63,999 nucleotides of DNA, from NCBI RefSeq assembly GCF_006345805.1, contig NC_042998.1, positions 112,964,002-113,028,000 on the forward strand. Reading direction: 5' to 3'. The first letter of the stretch is position 1; every line of letters starts with the position of its first letter. Of the stretch, positions 38,508 to 52,070 are shown one piece after another. The DNA is from Octopus sinensis. Lineage: Eukaryota. The translations under genes were made by a program, and so were the position numbers. The notes beneath the pieces were generated by a model. That model made no database searches, was not told the origin of the DNA, and was given only the letters and a program-made list of their open reading frames with translations.

Positions 38508-39090
38508 GGATCTTTACCTTTTCACCGACAAATTTAAAAATTATTTTTTGTAACTAAACACTTTCAAACTTCGGACACTGGTAGAATGTGTCATCTCTTA
38601 CTCTTAGCATTTTTGAGAAAAACTTATATTTAGGAAGTTATTTCACGTTAAAGTAGTCGTATTTCGGTAATCAATGCCATGTATTCAGCTGAATAAAATT
38701 ACTGTTGTTGTTTGTCAACAAGAACTTCCGGCGGTGTATATTTCGTTTGTCACTGTTATTAATGACAACCCTAACCCTAAAACCCTAATCCTAACCCTAA
38801 AACCTTAACCCTAGCCCTAAAACCCTAACCCTAAAACCCCAACCCTAACACCCTAACCCTAAAACCTAAAGCTAAAACCAGTACAAACGCACGAACGATG
38901 TCATAAATAACAGTGACAAACGAAAAATACACCGCCGATAGTTGTTGTTGACAAACAACGGCAGTAATTTTATTCAGCTGAATACACGTCATTGATTGGT
39001 TGAAATTACCGAAATAGGACAACTTTAACGTGAAATAACTTCCTAAATATAAGTTTTTCTCAACAACGCTAAGAGTAAAAGATGTTTTAT
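38508..39090. mobile_element. Foldback element with ~170-bp arms around a telomere-like (CCCTAA)n core
   Basis: 38595-38767 is inverted at 38899-39083. Core 38768-38878 consists of ccctaa/ccctaaaa units. Begins GGATCTTT like the 20-22 kb MITEs. Confidence 0.88.
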
Positions 39091-39729
39091 TAAAAGTCGT
39101 AGTGTTGGTGGTGGCAGTGGGTGTAATGATAAGAGAGAGAAAGAAAGAGTGGGTGTGTGAGGGAAAGAGGAACTAAACACTGAATTCATTTTCTTAGTAC
39201 CACCACCGTCGCCACCACATCTGTCATTCACCATTCAGACTTCTGACGCCACCACCATCAATACCTTTGACTTTTCCGCCTCAACCATCACCACTCTCCA
39301 CTTCCCCTCCACCACTATCACCACTGTCCACTTCTCCACCATCATCACTGTCCACTTCACCTCCACCACCATCACCACTGTCTTTCACATCGCTTACTCT
39401 AATCGTCTCAGCTACCACCACCACCGCCACCGTCATCACCGCCGCGTCTGCCTCTATCACAACTGCAGCTCATACTATTACTATCACCCCATTACCATCA
39501 CAAAAAGACTGAATGGTGTGTGTGTGGCAGATGTGGTGGCGATGGTAGTGGCACTGCTGTTTATTATGCAGCTTTGCAATAAGTTCTAAATTATATTGTT
39601 TTGATGAAAATTGTTCATTGCTTGAAAAATATTATTCAAGTTTAATAAAATTTAATATGTACTCAATGCATGAAGTGTCATTGGTGGGCCCAAGGACTAA
39701 TGAAGAGACCTCTATAGGTGCAAGCAATC

Positions 39730-39868
39730 GCTAGCAGGGGGAGCGAACCCCTGCTAGCCTCCATCAGCTAACAAGATCACAGGACTGGCCCAGTTTCGAG
39801 CTAGTTGGGCCAGTCTCGCGATCCTGTTAGCTGATGGAGGTTAGTAGAGGTTCGCTTCCCCTGCTAGC
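39730..39868. repeat. GC-rich palindrome (~63-bp arms)
   Basis: gctagcagggg.agcgaacc.ct.cta.cctccatcagctaaca.gatc...actggccca / tgggccagt...gatcctgttagctgatggagg...ggttcgct.cccctgctagc. Confidence 0.9.
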
Positions 39869-40035
39869 ATTATATTGCATTGAAAACCAGCTGGCTGAGA
39901 CTCTGCCTGTTTAAACTAGTAATAACATTCAACTGCCATTTTGATGTGACAACCCATTTACAGTTTAGTATACGTTACTACTCTCTCTTCTTGGGATTTT
40001 ATAACTAGCTACCTAGCTTAATGATATATAATATA

Positions 40036-42577
40036 CTAGCAGAGATACCCGGCGTTGCCCGTGTTACATACAATTGAAGAATTAGATTTTTCTGTTATAT
40101 TTTCTTTAATGAACTGGAATATCTGTTTCGAATTTCATCAAAATTGCAGATGAGGGTTATTTCCCTCTTTACAGACCCCCTCAAAAATTGTAATCGTGCC
40201 ACATGTATCCCATACTACTGATTTTTATGCGCATATTCCAAAATTCCAGTCTTATTGAACCTGTTAAAAAGATTTTGCTCCTGAAAAATGAAGGTCATGG
40301 AGCTCTAAAATGTGAGAGTTAAGGCCCCTGTTGGGGGTGGGCATCTTAATGTCAACCAGAGAAGTTGAATTGTTGAGAATCTTTTTAACTTGGGTCTTAT
40401 ATCTATTGTTTGAATTTCTTTGAAATAGGAAATATATGTTCACTGGGTTTGTAAAAGAGAGCAAAGCTAAAGGAAACCAAAAGACGAATGTTCACAATAA
40501 GCAGTCAGTTACCCTACCCTAGTCGTTACCAGACCCAATGTAGGATTCCTCATCATCCAGGTGACAGGCACAGCCGTAAGATGCATTACGAATCTATAGC
40601 AATGGGAAGGGCGTGACCCAACTGAAATAAACACTAACAACTGTGTGACGTGAGGGCTAAGGAGAAATGAAAGTGTCACCTTTGGAGTTCGCAAATGACC
40701 ACTATACTGATACGTAACTGGACAGAATAAATTTACAATCTATAAATGTCTTTGAATAACCAGTCACTTATCTGGGAAGGCCTTGAAATCAATGTTACTA
40801 TCTGGGGACTATGTGTGACCGAGTGATAATAAAAAGACTGAAAGGAGGTCTGCAATCAAATAACTTTACTCAACACTTTGCAACTGAATCACTGGAGGCA
40901 AAGATGCCTCTCATTTACTTGACAATTTATGCAGCACATTGCAGAAATCACTATGTAAGTGTACGAGGGACGTTCAATAAGTAATGCCTCTGACCCACTT
41001 GCAGTTGTTTGATCTAGCTGAAATTTTGCATGTGCAATCATATATATATATCTATAGAGTAAGTGACAAATTACAGCTCTGAACTAATTGTGGTTTCTGA
41101 TTTACAGGTGTTTGAACTGAGTTAAGTGTGAAATGGAGCCTGTTGAGTTTTTGTATTTGAAAGGACGCACACCACGGGAGACTTTTGATGAAATGAAAGT
41201 AACTTATGGTGATGATGCCCCATCATAAGACCTTGTAAAACGCTGGGATCGTGAATTCAAACATGGTCGGAACTCTGTGGAAACAGCTCCCAGATCTGGT
41301 CGCCCTCTTCTGCCATTGATGAGGCATCTGTCCGTCAAGTTGAGGCTGCCATTTTGGAAGATCGACGCATAATTATTCGCCAAATAGCCCATGAGGTCAA
41401 GATTAGTACCGGGTCTGTGGAAACTATCATTCATGACCATTTGCATATGCAAAAGGTGTCTGCCAGATGGATTCCCAGGTTGCTCACGCCTTTCCAGAAG
41501 CAAGAACGCGTCGAGTGCTCGAGGATGAATTTGGAGATGTGCCAAGAAGATGAGTCAAATTTTTTCAAAAGACTGATTACACAGGATGAAACCTGGGTCC
41601 ATCACGATGATCCAGAGACCAAAGCCCAGTCAATGCAGTGGAAGCACCGTGACTCATCCCCTCCAAAGAAGGCAAGGGTGCAGCCCTCCGCTGGCAAGGT
41701 CATGCTCACAGTCTTCTGGGACCAGGACGGAGTAGTGATGACAGATTTCCTGGCAAAGGGTACCACAATTACAGGAGCCTATTATGCTTCACTTTTGAGG
41801 AAATTAAGAGAAGTTATCAAAATCAAGAGGCAGGGCAAGATCAGCAAAGGCATCCTCCTCCTGCAGGACAACACCCCGGTCCACAACTCGCTTGTCGCCA
41901 GATCAGAAGCACAGGCGTATGGCTATGAACTCCTCCCCCATCTTTCCTGACATTGCACCCTCTGATTTTCACCTCTTCCCAGTCATGAAGTTGTTTTTGA
42001 AAGGAAAGCGTTTCCCAGATGATGCAGCCTTAATTTCTGAAGTCACGTTCAGGTTGGAGGACCAAGCTGGGGTCTTCTACAAAAACGGTCTCCAGAGCTG
42101 CATCAAACGATGGTAGAAATGCGTAACTCTGGGTGGTTCCTATGTAGAAAAAGACTAATAACTGTGCCAAGTTTCGTTGCTCTACTGCTATAGGAAGTGG
42201 GTCAGGGGCATTACTTATTGAACGCCCCTCGTATGTCAAAGCAAACTGTTATATATACAACAAAGAGATGCTTTTGTTTCACTTTTAGCACGTAATACTG
42301 AAATAGTGGAGAAGATGTGACATTGCTGTGGGCTCGCCCTAGGCAAGAAGTTAAACATTTTTTTTTGCCCATGACACTACATGGACCCTAAGTAAGGCTG
42401 TGTAAAATTTGAATGAAATTGGTTGTGTAGTTCTCAAGTTTTAGGGATTCATAGTGGAGAAGATATGATATTGCTATGGGCTCACCCTAGGCAAGAATGA
42501 AATTGGTTGCTTAGTTCTCAAGTTTTAGGGATTTACACAGACAGACAGACACACCTTCTCAGTTTTATATATATAGA
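40036..42577 (-). mobile_element. Non-autonomous Helitron (hosting a mariner insertion)
   Basis: Minus strand starts A|TCtatatatataaaac...gtctgtctgtc and ends with a cgggcaacgccggg hairpin then CTAG|T. Confidence 0.75.
40964..42231 (+). mobile_element. Full-length mariner transposon (irritans-like), inactivated
   Basis: TIRs cgagggacgttcaataagtaatgcc / ggcattacttattgaacgcccctcg with TA TSD; WIPRLL, TQDETW, LQDN and DIAPSDFHLF motifs; stop and frameshift. Confidence 0.95.
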
Positions 42578-42809
42578 TTCCATTATTGTAACAATGAAGT
42601 AAAGTAAAAGTAAATGCAACAATATGTGTTCTATTTGCTACGAAGACTCCACCGATGTAATCTTTGTATAACTAATGAATACTATTGTGTAACAAATGAA
42701 TACTGTAAGTAGTTTTTTAAACAATACTTTTGTTATCCTGTACCATAAGTCATTAAAGGAACGTACTTTATCGGAACAATGGAAAGACTTGTGAATTGCT
42801 GAAATGTAA

Positions 42810-43245
42810 AAGACTCTTTTATCTTTTACTTGTTTCAATCATTTGACTGCGGCCATGCTGGGGCACGCCTTGAAGGATTTTAGTCGAACAAATCGACCCC
42901 ATGACTTATTTTCAGTTTAAAAAAATTTTAAACCTGGTATTTATTCTATCTGTATCTTTGCCTGAACCGCTAAGTTACGGACACGTGAATACACTAACAC
43001 TAGCTGTCAAGTTGTGGAGGGGGATAAATACATACACAAAGATACACATACATTCACACACACACACACGTGTGAGTGTGTTTGTGTGACAAACTTCTTT
43101 CAGTTTCTGTCTCCCGAATCCACTCACAAGGCTTTGGACGGCTCGAGGCTATAGTAGAAGACAATTGCCCATGGTATCACACAATGAGATTGAACTCGGA
43201 GTCATGTGGTTGAGATGCAAACTTCTTACCACACAGCCATGTTGC
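42810..43245 (-). mobile_element. tRNA-derived SINE
   Basis: Reverse complement begins atggctgtgtggtaagaagtttgc...gagttcaatc (A/B boxes); same family as 7617-8000. Confidence 0.85.
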
Positions 43246-43395
43246 TTATAATCTTATTTTATAAATTTGTCCTTTTTCATTGCATAATTCCCTTTTCGAT
43301 ATTGCTTTAAATTGACAAGCTTCTAAGTTCTTTAAAAATATAAAAATTCCTGTATAACCAGCTACTCTTCTAAGCATTTTATTCTCTGTTTCCAG

Positions 43396-43697
43396 GAAGT
43401 GGTAGTTATTCGAAAGTCAAATTGGCTCAAAACTCTAAGAAAACTTCTTTAAAAGTGGCAGTGAAAATTGTTAATCTTTCAAAAGCACCAAGCGATTTCC
43501 TGAAACGGTTTCTACCTCGAGAATTGGAAATATGGCCGAAAATCGAACACCAGAACATAATCAGATTCTTTGATAGTTTTGAAGATTCCGGATATGTTTA
43601 TATGATTCTTGAATATGCTAGCAATGGAGATATGTTGACATACATCCAAAAGTATGGACCGATTCCTGAAATACAGAGTCGAGGAATAGCCAACCAG
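43396..43697 (+). CDS. TSSK: TSSK-like gene, coding exon 2 (kinase subdomains I-VIa)
   Basis: Acceptor ttctctgtttccag|GA and donor CAG|gtattg. Encodes GSGSYSKV, VAVK and the TSSK signature KAPSDFLKRFLPREL, then HQNII and ILEYASNGDML. Confidence 0.93.
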
Positions 43698-44474
43698 GTA
43701 TTGTAGGCTGATTAGTATTCGGACAGGTCGCAAGCTGGTGCGAATGCCCATTCATGCACACATCGAAACACACACAAACGCATATATACTAATACAAACA
43801 CATCTACAGATACATGTATACACTTAAATAGATACACATATTACATACAGATATATACTACATAAATGTATACATGCCTACGCGGACACACAGGGGTACA
43901 AATACACACACATATACACATGCGCGTGCGCGTAAACGCACAATATACATATACGTACGTATGTATATATATATGTATGTATATGTATGTATATATATAT
44001 ACATATATACATGCACACTCACTCACACACACACACGCGCACTCACCCACACAAACACACACACACACACACACACATATATATGTATAATATATATATA
44101 TATCAACCATTTGATACTAACTGCTGGAAAAACAGAATATTCAATATCATAGAAGATATTCATAAAACATTTTATTTTGGTCGAGTCAGTCTCTTGCTAC
44201 TCTTTCACCTGCACAAGGTCTGAGGACAAATTATGACTGGAAGTTGATAGAGTAACTCAAAAACTTTGTATTAGCGTGCAAACCCTATCAGTTTCCAACC
44301 ATAACTTGCTTGAAGATCTTGAACATCTACAGGTCTACAGGTGAAACTCAAAGTAATAAGAGACTGACTAGAACGCAATAATATATATTCTTTTATTATT
44401 CTATACGTTGCAGCCCTTGGGCTGCAGCCATGCTACAGCACCACCAGAGTAAGGACCTTTTCAATGGCCATTCT

Positions 44475-45625
44475 TATGTGACTGGCTTTTGGTGAAGGAG
44501 GGGGTATCGACACTGCTGCCCGCTTTTGAGTTTCTTGCCTTGATATAGGTTTAGCCCCTCCAAGAACGTCCATACGTATATCCTTGCATACCTCTCTCGT
44601 CTTCGCGCCAGGGAGTAGAGTTGTAGCTCTTTCAGTCTCTCCCAGTTACGTTGATACAGTCTTTCTGGCGTTACACTGCTGAACTGCCTCAAGTTCTGCT
44701 ATTAATTTGACACTGTAGTGCGACTACAGTTGAAAGCAGTAGTCCAGACAGCTGATAACAAATATCTTCCATAAAATCAGTATAGTTTCCTAGCCCCTGT
44801 TCTGAAGGTTCTTAGAATTCATCCGGCCATGCGCCTACACTTGCCACCATCTTGGTGATATGTGCGTAAAATGAGGCATCGTTGCTCATATCAATCCTTA
44901 GATCACACACTGTACGTGACTCTGTGATTGCCGCTCTTTTTGATCCAAAGTATCGTTGTTGCGACTTGTGAGTCACAATTAGCAGGTAGCGGAGGACTTG
45001 GAATTTACCTGCATTAAATTGCATGTTGTTTTCTTCAGCAAGTTTATGTATGGCATCTAGGTCTTTTTGTAGAAGATTAGCATCAGAAGGTTCCTTGACT
45101 GTTTGTACTGCATAGCTAGTAAGTGTAGCTGTCTGTGTGACTGATGGCATATATGAAAGAGCCACCATGAAGAACAATAGCCCCAATACAGTTCCCTGAG
45201 GCACTCTACTCTTTATCATTGTCTCCTTGGAGAGGGCTCCATTGGCTGCCACAGGTTAGAAGGACAGGTCTATAATTTTTAACATCCGCTCTACTACCTC
45301 ACTTAAGGATAGGAGATATTATGGTTTCTTTTAACTTTCTGTGAAGTCTCCAATTTGCAAGGATGTTTTGGACGAGAATCTGTAATGGTCTTGCATCTCT
45401 TTATGAGGATTGCTGGGGATCCATCAACGTTTGTGGCTGAGTTTGAGGTCATTTCATCAATGGCTAATATTACATCTGTTTCCTCTATTTTGATGCTATC
45501 AATAACTGCCATTTCTTTGTGTAGAACTGTGGCGCTGAAGAACTCATTAGGCATAACTACTTGCAAGCACCCCAATGGAGTTGTGAAAACACTTGTATTG
45601 CACATTCAGTATCTCACTGATCCTC
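44475..45625 (-). mobile_element. CR1-like LINE fragments
   Basis: SRVPQGTVLG, NNMQFNAGKFQVL and LQLYSLARRRERY. Confidence 0.85.
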
Positions 45626-45682
45626 TGGGGGTCTGCATGTGTGTGTGTATGAGTGTGTGTGTGAGTGTGTGTGTGCGCGCGC

Positions 45683-45732
<50 letters not shown>

Positions 45733-45893
45733 ACATACATATATATATATTTCAAAAATTAGACAGAGAAGAGGAAAATAGATGAAATCTAGGCGAAAAC
45801 ATAATGGACAGACAAGGGAGACAAAAACACACTACAAGGAACATTCGCAGCTGACTTTCTCAGTTGGTTTCCGAGACGTCTTAGTGGTTTCAC

Positions 45894-46027
<134 letters not shown>

Positions 46028-46109
46028 AAAACGCACATATATTAATTTTAAAACTGTTTCAGCTTTAAGGCTGCGGTCATGCTGGGGCACCGCCGATGGT
46101 TGTGCTACA

Positions 46110-48210
46110 TTATTATTTGAAACCTCTTCTGATAGGTGGCATTTGGTCAATGAGGGAGTTTGATGCTGCTGCCCTCATCTGTGTTTCCGGCCGTGAGGTA
46201 GGCTCATCTGGAACCCTTGACAGGAGGAAATCCAGTTTTGTTTTGAAGACACTTACATCCACACCATGCATCTTCGACATTTTGGAAGTATATTGAAGAA
46301 CTGTGGGCCTTGAAACCCACGCTGTTGCAGTATCTGGCCCTGTATTTTGATGGCGATGCTCGGATCTTTGGAACTATGCAGTGGCGCCTCGTTCTGCTGT
46401 TTGTGTAACTTTCAGTGCCAAAGTTTAGTACAAGGTCTTCCTGGATTTTCCAGATGTATATCACTGCATATCTTTTCCACCTTCGTTCTAAGGAAAAGAG
46501 TTATAATTGTTTCAGTCTTTCCCAGTAGCTGATACGTCGCACTGAGACGATTTTCTTGGTGTGGCTTCGTTTGATTACTTCGAGTTCCACCTTTAATTTT
46601 ATAGTGTGTTGGACCATAGTTGGGGGCAGTAGTCCAAGCGGCTGAGGACGTATGCCCCCCTAAGGACCATCATTGTCTCCTTTTCTCTTGTCTTGAAAGT
46701 TCGGAGGATCTGTCCAGCTAGCCGTCTGCATTTTATTACCAAATTGGTGATATGCACCTGGAAAGATGCATCATTGCTCATATGAATGTCCAGAACACTC
46801 ACTGATTTTGATTCCTCCCGGGCCAGTGTATCCTGGTCCGAGAGTCTGCATGTCGTTAAGCTTTGTGTGCTGGTAGCGCAGGGCTTGGAATTTTCCTGCA
46901 TTAAACTGCATTTTGTTGCCCAGGATTTTGTATTGTCTGAGAGACTTTTTTGTTATCTGCATAGCTAGCAACGGTGGCTATCTGAGCAGCTGACGGCATG
47001 TCTGTGAGGGCCACTATAAATAGCAGTGGCCCTAAGACAGTGCCCCGTAGAACACCACTCATTATTTTTGTTTCCTTTGGGGTGGCTCCATTGGCCACCA
47101 CTGCCTGACGTCTATCTTTTAAAAAGTCGTGCAGCCATTCTCTTAGTTTTCCGATTATGTCGAGATCACTCAGTTTGTGACATATATCATAGTCGACTTT
47201 ATCAAAGGCTTTTGGAAAGTCGATATATATCGTCTCCACGCTCGAGTCATTTAGCAGCTATTTTAACATCGAGTCGTAATGTTGCAAGATCTGTGTCAAG
47301 CACCTTCTGCCTAGTCGAAATTTATGCTGGGTGTCAGTCAGAAAATCATTTTCTTCAAGGAACGTGATTAGTTTCTTGCGGACTATTCGTTCCTTGACGT
47401 TGCTGATGTGTGAGGTCAGAGAGATAGGCCATTAATTTTTTGTGTCTACTCTGCCTCCTCCCTTATGGATAGGGCATATTATCCCTTCCTTCAGTTTGTC
47501 TGGGAGTTTAGCACTTGCAAGAAAGTTTTAAAAAAGAAGCTGCAGTGGTTTTGAAAGGGCTCGTTTGCACAATTTTAGGACCTCTGGGAATCCATTAGGG
47601 CCAGAGTCTGAGTTTGTGTCAACCTCATCTGTGGCCAGTGTTACATCTTCTTCAATGTTGATGCAATCAATTTTCGCCTCTTTGGTTGCAGGTAAAGTGG
47701 CAAAGAATTCTGTGTCCCAGAGGTGTAGTGAACACACTTTGAAACTGTTAGTTCAGTATTTCACTTATCCTCATTGGATTTCCTGTGAGGGAGCCATCTT
47801 TTTTGGAAGAAGGGTTTTATCATGTGGCGTACTGAGGCTGTTTCTTTGGCAAACATAAAGAAAGCTTTAGGGTGCAACTTTATATTTCCTATAACCCAAG
47901 CTTCCGTATCTTTTCTCAGTCTCCAACAGCGCTCTCTCCAAGCGAGACTTCTCATCACTTTTGGGGTGTTTGTTCAGGCGGTTCGCAAACTTTGCTCGTC
48001 GTCTTATAAGAAACTTCCTTTCTCTCGGGATCCTGTTTTTGTGTATGCTGGCCCTATGTTACATATGGCTTGCATTACAGGCATGAAGTGTTTTTGTTTC
48101 ATGCCAATGTCTGTAGTGGAGAGACATTTAGGCCAATCCTGTTTGAGGATCTCTTTTTCAATCAATTTCCAGTTTGCTTTATGAAAATTCAGTTTGGAGA
48201 GTTTTTGGGT
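46110..48210 (-). mobile_element. CR1-like LINE, decayed ORF2
   Basis: YIDFPKAFDKVD, SGV..GTVLGPLLF, YADN, MQFNAGKFQ and SRLDYC; same family as 44475-45625. Confidence 0.9.
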
Positions 48211-48645
48211 GCTTCATATAGGCACGCACATACACACGTAGGCGCACACACACATATAGGCACATATGCATACCTTCAAAAGAGCTTCTTATATAAGAAG
48301 AGATTTATGTGTTAAATTCTCATTCTATTACTAGGAATTCAACGCAACATTAAATAGTTTAGGGTACAGTATTTTAAAGAAGCGCGTAGGAATTTTGTCG
48401 TATTAGTGGTTTGAAAATAAAGATACTAAAGTAGCTGAATTAGAAATAAATAATAATGATTGAAACAATTCATAATTAAACGAACATTTTTACATCTAGT
48501 AGGATATTAATAAAACATTGAACCGTCTGAGTTGGTTAGGAAATAATTCCCCAACTTTCGTTTGAACGTACTAGCAACTTAAACTATTAAATAGGAATAA
48601 TTATAAATCCATATAAATACTACTGAGCCATTATTGGGGAATATA

Positions 48646-49527
48646 CGAGGTGGTATCAAAACGTTCCCGGACTAGTTCTGTAGTGCGCCAACTGATGACA
48701 GCACACAGTTGTAGTGCAGTGAGAGCTAGCAGTGACCATCATGAGGCAGTTTGCTGAGTGACATCACTGTGTTTATTTCGCAGGTTCTGAAATTTGTGTT
48801 TTTGTGATCACGTGTATCGTGCAGTCTGTGATTTTGTCATGGACAGGAACAAAGAGCTAACGTGAAAGTTTGCGTTAAACTTGGGAAGTCTGCTACAAGA
48901 GATACTGAGCATGCTTTGGCAAGCTTACAGCGACGTAGCAGTGGGTCGTACGCAATGTTTCGTGTGATACAGGCGCTTCAAAAGAGCCAGAGCTCAATCA
49001 AAAGCATTCTCATAATTTTTCTCGACATCTGCAGTATTGTGCTTCGGGAATTCTCCCCACCCCCGGGTCAGACCGTCAACTGAAAGTTCTACTGCAATGT
49101 TTTAAAGCGTTTGAGGGAAAGTAACTGGATCTGTGGAGCGCGCGGAATTGGATTGTTCACGATGACAATGCATCCTCTTCACCGAGCTCTCTTCACTTGT
49201 GAGTTTCCCTCCAAAAACAACATGGTATTGCTTCCGTACCCGCCCTATTCACCAGATTTAGTACCTGCAGACTTCCATCTCTCCCCAAGATGAAACTGCA
49301 GCTCAAAGTTCGCTGTTTTATCTCGTTGTCGAGATCGAAAGCGAATCAGAGAAAGACCCCGACTCACTCACAGAAAACGACTTCCAGGCCGGATTCCGAA
49401 AGTAGCAGGAACGCTAGCTGCGATATATTCCTGTGCAAGGTGACTATTTCAAAGGAGATAATGTTAAAACTTAGGTAAATATAACTATTAAATATAACTA
49501 GTCCGGGAACTTTTTGATACCGCCTCC
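48646..49527 (+). mobile_element. Internally deleted mariner
   Basis: TIRs cgaggtggtatcaaaacgttcccggactagtt / aactagtccgggaactttttgataccgcctc with TA flanks; PYSPDLVPADF motif. Confidence 0.9.
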
Positions 49528-49823
49528 TATATTATAAATGTTCAGTTTCTGAGTTTTATGTTTCGATCGATCTATGGGTGGATGAGTGAATGGGTAGATC
49601 GATGGATGGATGGATCGATCCATCCATCCATCCTACATTTTCTTGCAAAGCACATATACACGTACGCACGCACGGACACACACACACATTCATTCATTCA
49701 CTCACTCACTCAAACACACACACTAGCAACAAACACACACACACACACCTATATATACACGTTCTTTCACGTATATTCTTGCATATACAGATAAATATTA
49801 ATCATTAAACATTAAGTGAGGGG

Positions 49824-50250
49824 AAGGCGACGAGCTGGCAGAATGTTTAGCATTTTCAGGCAAAATGTTTTTTTGCGGTATTTCGCTCGTCTTTGCGTTG
49901 TGATTTCAAATTCCGCCGAGGCCGACTTTACTTTTCATCCATTCGGAGTCGATAAAATGAATACCAGTTGGACACTGGCGTCAATGTAATCGAACTTCCT
50001 GACCTCGTGCTAAAAATGTGAAACCATTCCTATGGGGTGAAGAGCGGGCAGAATCGTAAATGCTACGGAGACAATGCTTAGCGGCATTTCATTCGTTTTT
50101 GTGTTCTGAGTTCAAATTCTGCCGAGGTCGATTTTTGCTTTTCATCCGTTCGGAATCGATAAAAATTGGTACCAGTTGAATACTGGTGTCGATGTAATCG
50201 ACTTGACTCCTCGGCCGAAATTACTGGCCTTGTGCGAAAATTTGAGACCT
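49824..50250 (+). mobile_element. Two tandem Nin-core SINE copies
   Basis: aaattc.gccgagg.cga.ttt..ttttcatcc.ttcgga.tcgataaaa occurs at ~49910 and ~50115. Confidence 0.85.
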
Positions 50251-50539
50251 AACGTTAAACGAGATGGGAGAACGTGAAGGTTAAAGATTAACAGATGGAA
50301 CGAGATAAAGACGGAAACAGAAGAGCGAAAACTGTTTGGGAAGAAAAAATAATCCGGAAAAGTTTGGAGAAACATTAAGTGGAACCAATACAAATACAAT
50401 ATGAAATCTGTAAAGGACAAAGACAATACTGGAGAAAGAAGTGGCCTATGGAAGAGCACACAGTAAAAAACTTTTTTGGATGTGCAGCATATTAATATTC
50501 TCGTTTAACGTTAAGATACAAGCTTGGTTGCTACAAATG

Positions 50540-50900
50540 CCTTAAGATTATGCTCTTTTCTGTTATGCAGAGTTTACATATCTCGGTAGCCTCCGTGTTT
50601 GGCTTGGAATTTTCAGCGATCTTACAGCCGATAACAAAAGCTATGCCATTTCCTCTTCACTGCCAGATATAGTTTATATAATCGTTGCCGTATTCCGTTT
50701 TACAATGTTTCTGGATGATGCAGTATGGTCGTTGAATCGCCTTTTGAAGTCTCCTTCGGTTAATCCGATATATCGTCTTAGGTTGCTGTTCTGATTACAA
50801 TCTGTATATTTAATGCCCATCTCATAAGTGATGCTCTCGGTGTTACATGCTTCATGAGAAAGGATGCCGTAGGGTTTCTGCCTCAATAACTATCCTCAAT
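50540..50900 (-). mobile_element. Penelope-like GIY-YIG endonuclease fragment
   Basis: C..ESITY...YIGLTEGDFKRRFNDH in ORF 50674-50886. Confidence 0.75.
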
Positions 50901-51403
50901 AGTTAAGGTGGGTTTGTGAGAGACAATTTGTTTAATGCATTCTTTTATTTTTAAGGCCGGTATGTGTTATTATATAAAGGTTTTGATTATTACATTTATC
51001 AGGTCGATCTCCAGTTTAGTGGATCTTTTAGTTGTTAATAAGGTCCATTTTAATTTCGATCGAAAAGATGCGTGATGAAAGGCAATCCAGTCATGACTGT
51101 TCCTAATGTCATTTATGTAACGGCGCCCTTCAGTAAGCTCTACCTATCACAGTACGTTGGCTTCCGTAGTTATGAATGTGTGTGTGTGCGTGTGTATGTG
51201 CATGTATTTGTGCATGGTTCTGGTGTTCGCTGTATTTTTCCTCTAGAGAATTTCCTTGTAGTTTGACATGCACATACACACGCACACACACACATTCATG
51301 CACATACACACACATTCATGCACATTCATGCACACACATTCATGCACATACACACGCATATAGATATATATAGATATATACATACATATATAATATTATG
51401 TTC

Positions 51404-51453
<50 letters not shown>

Positions 51454-51492
51454 GAACATAATATTATATATGTATGTATATATATATATATA

Positions 51493-51998
51493 TCTATATA
51501 TATAAAACTCTAGTTGTGTGAGTGTCTGTCCCCTTCGATTTAGATTCCTAACTCCTCCCACATTTTGCGGTGCAGTTTAACCAAATTCGGGTATCTTATA
51601 GTCGTGATTCATATCGAGCCCGTCTGACTATTAGCGCGCGTCAACGATGAGTCTACGATTTTAAAAATAATTTAACATCATTTTTTATTCCATTTTAATG
51701 CATAAAATGCATCGCGTGTCGATGGCGGCGGAGTTGGCGTCCACGCTCACAGCTGCACCTGTTTGCTTCTCCCCCTTCCCTCTCTCGTGAAGCTGTGGGG
51801 AAGGGAGTGTAAAGAAATCAACGTCGTAATGCGTTGTGAAGGAAACCAGCGTTCTTTTAGAACAACGACTTCATGGCTTGAAGACACCAAAACAAAAATG
51901 GCTAAGAAAGCCCGAATTTATAAGGGAAGTAACTCTCTAAAAATGCTTATATAGTTATTTCCCTTACAAACCCGAGCAACGCCGGGCGATACTGCTAG
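51493..51998 (+). mobile_element. Complete non-autonomous Helitron (506 bp)
   Basis: A|TC 5' end (tctatatatataaaac...gtgtctgtc); 3' hairpin cccgagcaacgccggg then CTAG|T. Confidence 0.88.
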
Positions 51999-52070
51999 TT
52001 TATATATATAAATGTGTATAACCAAAAAATAAGCAACAAGAATAGATCCGGTAAATTAGTATAATTGTTG

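Larger units (their letters stand above)
38385..39895. mobile_element. Composite TIR element containing nested palindromes
   Basis: TIRs gccagctggttttcgatgcaa / ttgcattgaaaaccagctggc; possible 3-bp TSD CTG; truncates the preceding SINE. Confidence 0.65.

Noticed and set aside
38768-38878. True telomere or chromosome fusion site
   Set aside because: Short, degenerate, single orientation and enclosed by transposon arms.
41354-41950. SETMAR-like host gene
   Set aside because: Bounded by TIRs and TA TSD, no SET domain, frameshifted; an ordinary mariner copy.
37060-42810. Long-range inverted repeat 37.1 kb / 42.7 kb as a functional structure
   Set aside because: Both are fragments of the same CR1-like LINE region in opposite orientation.
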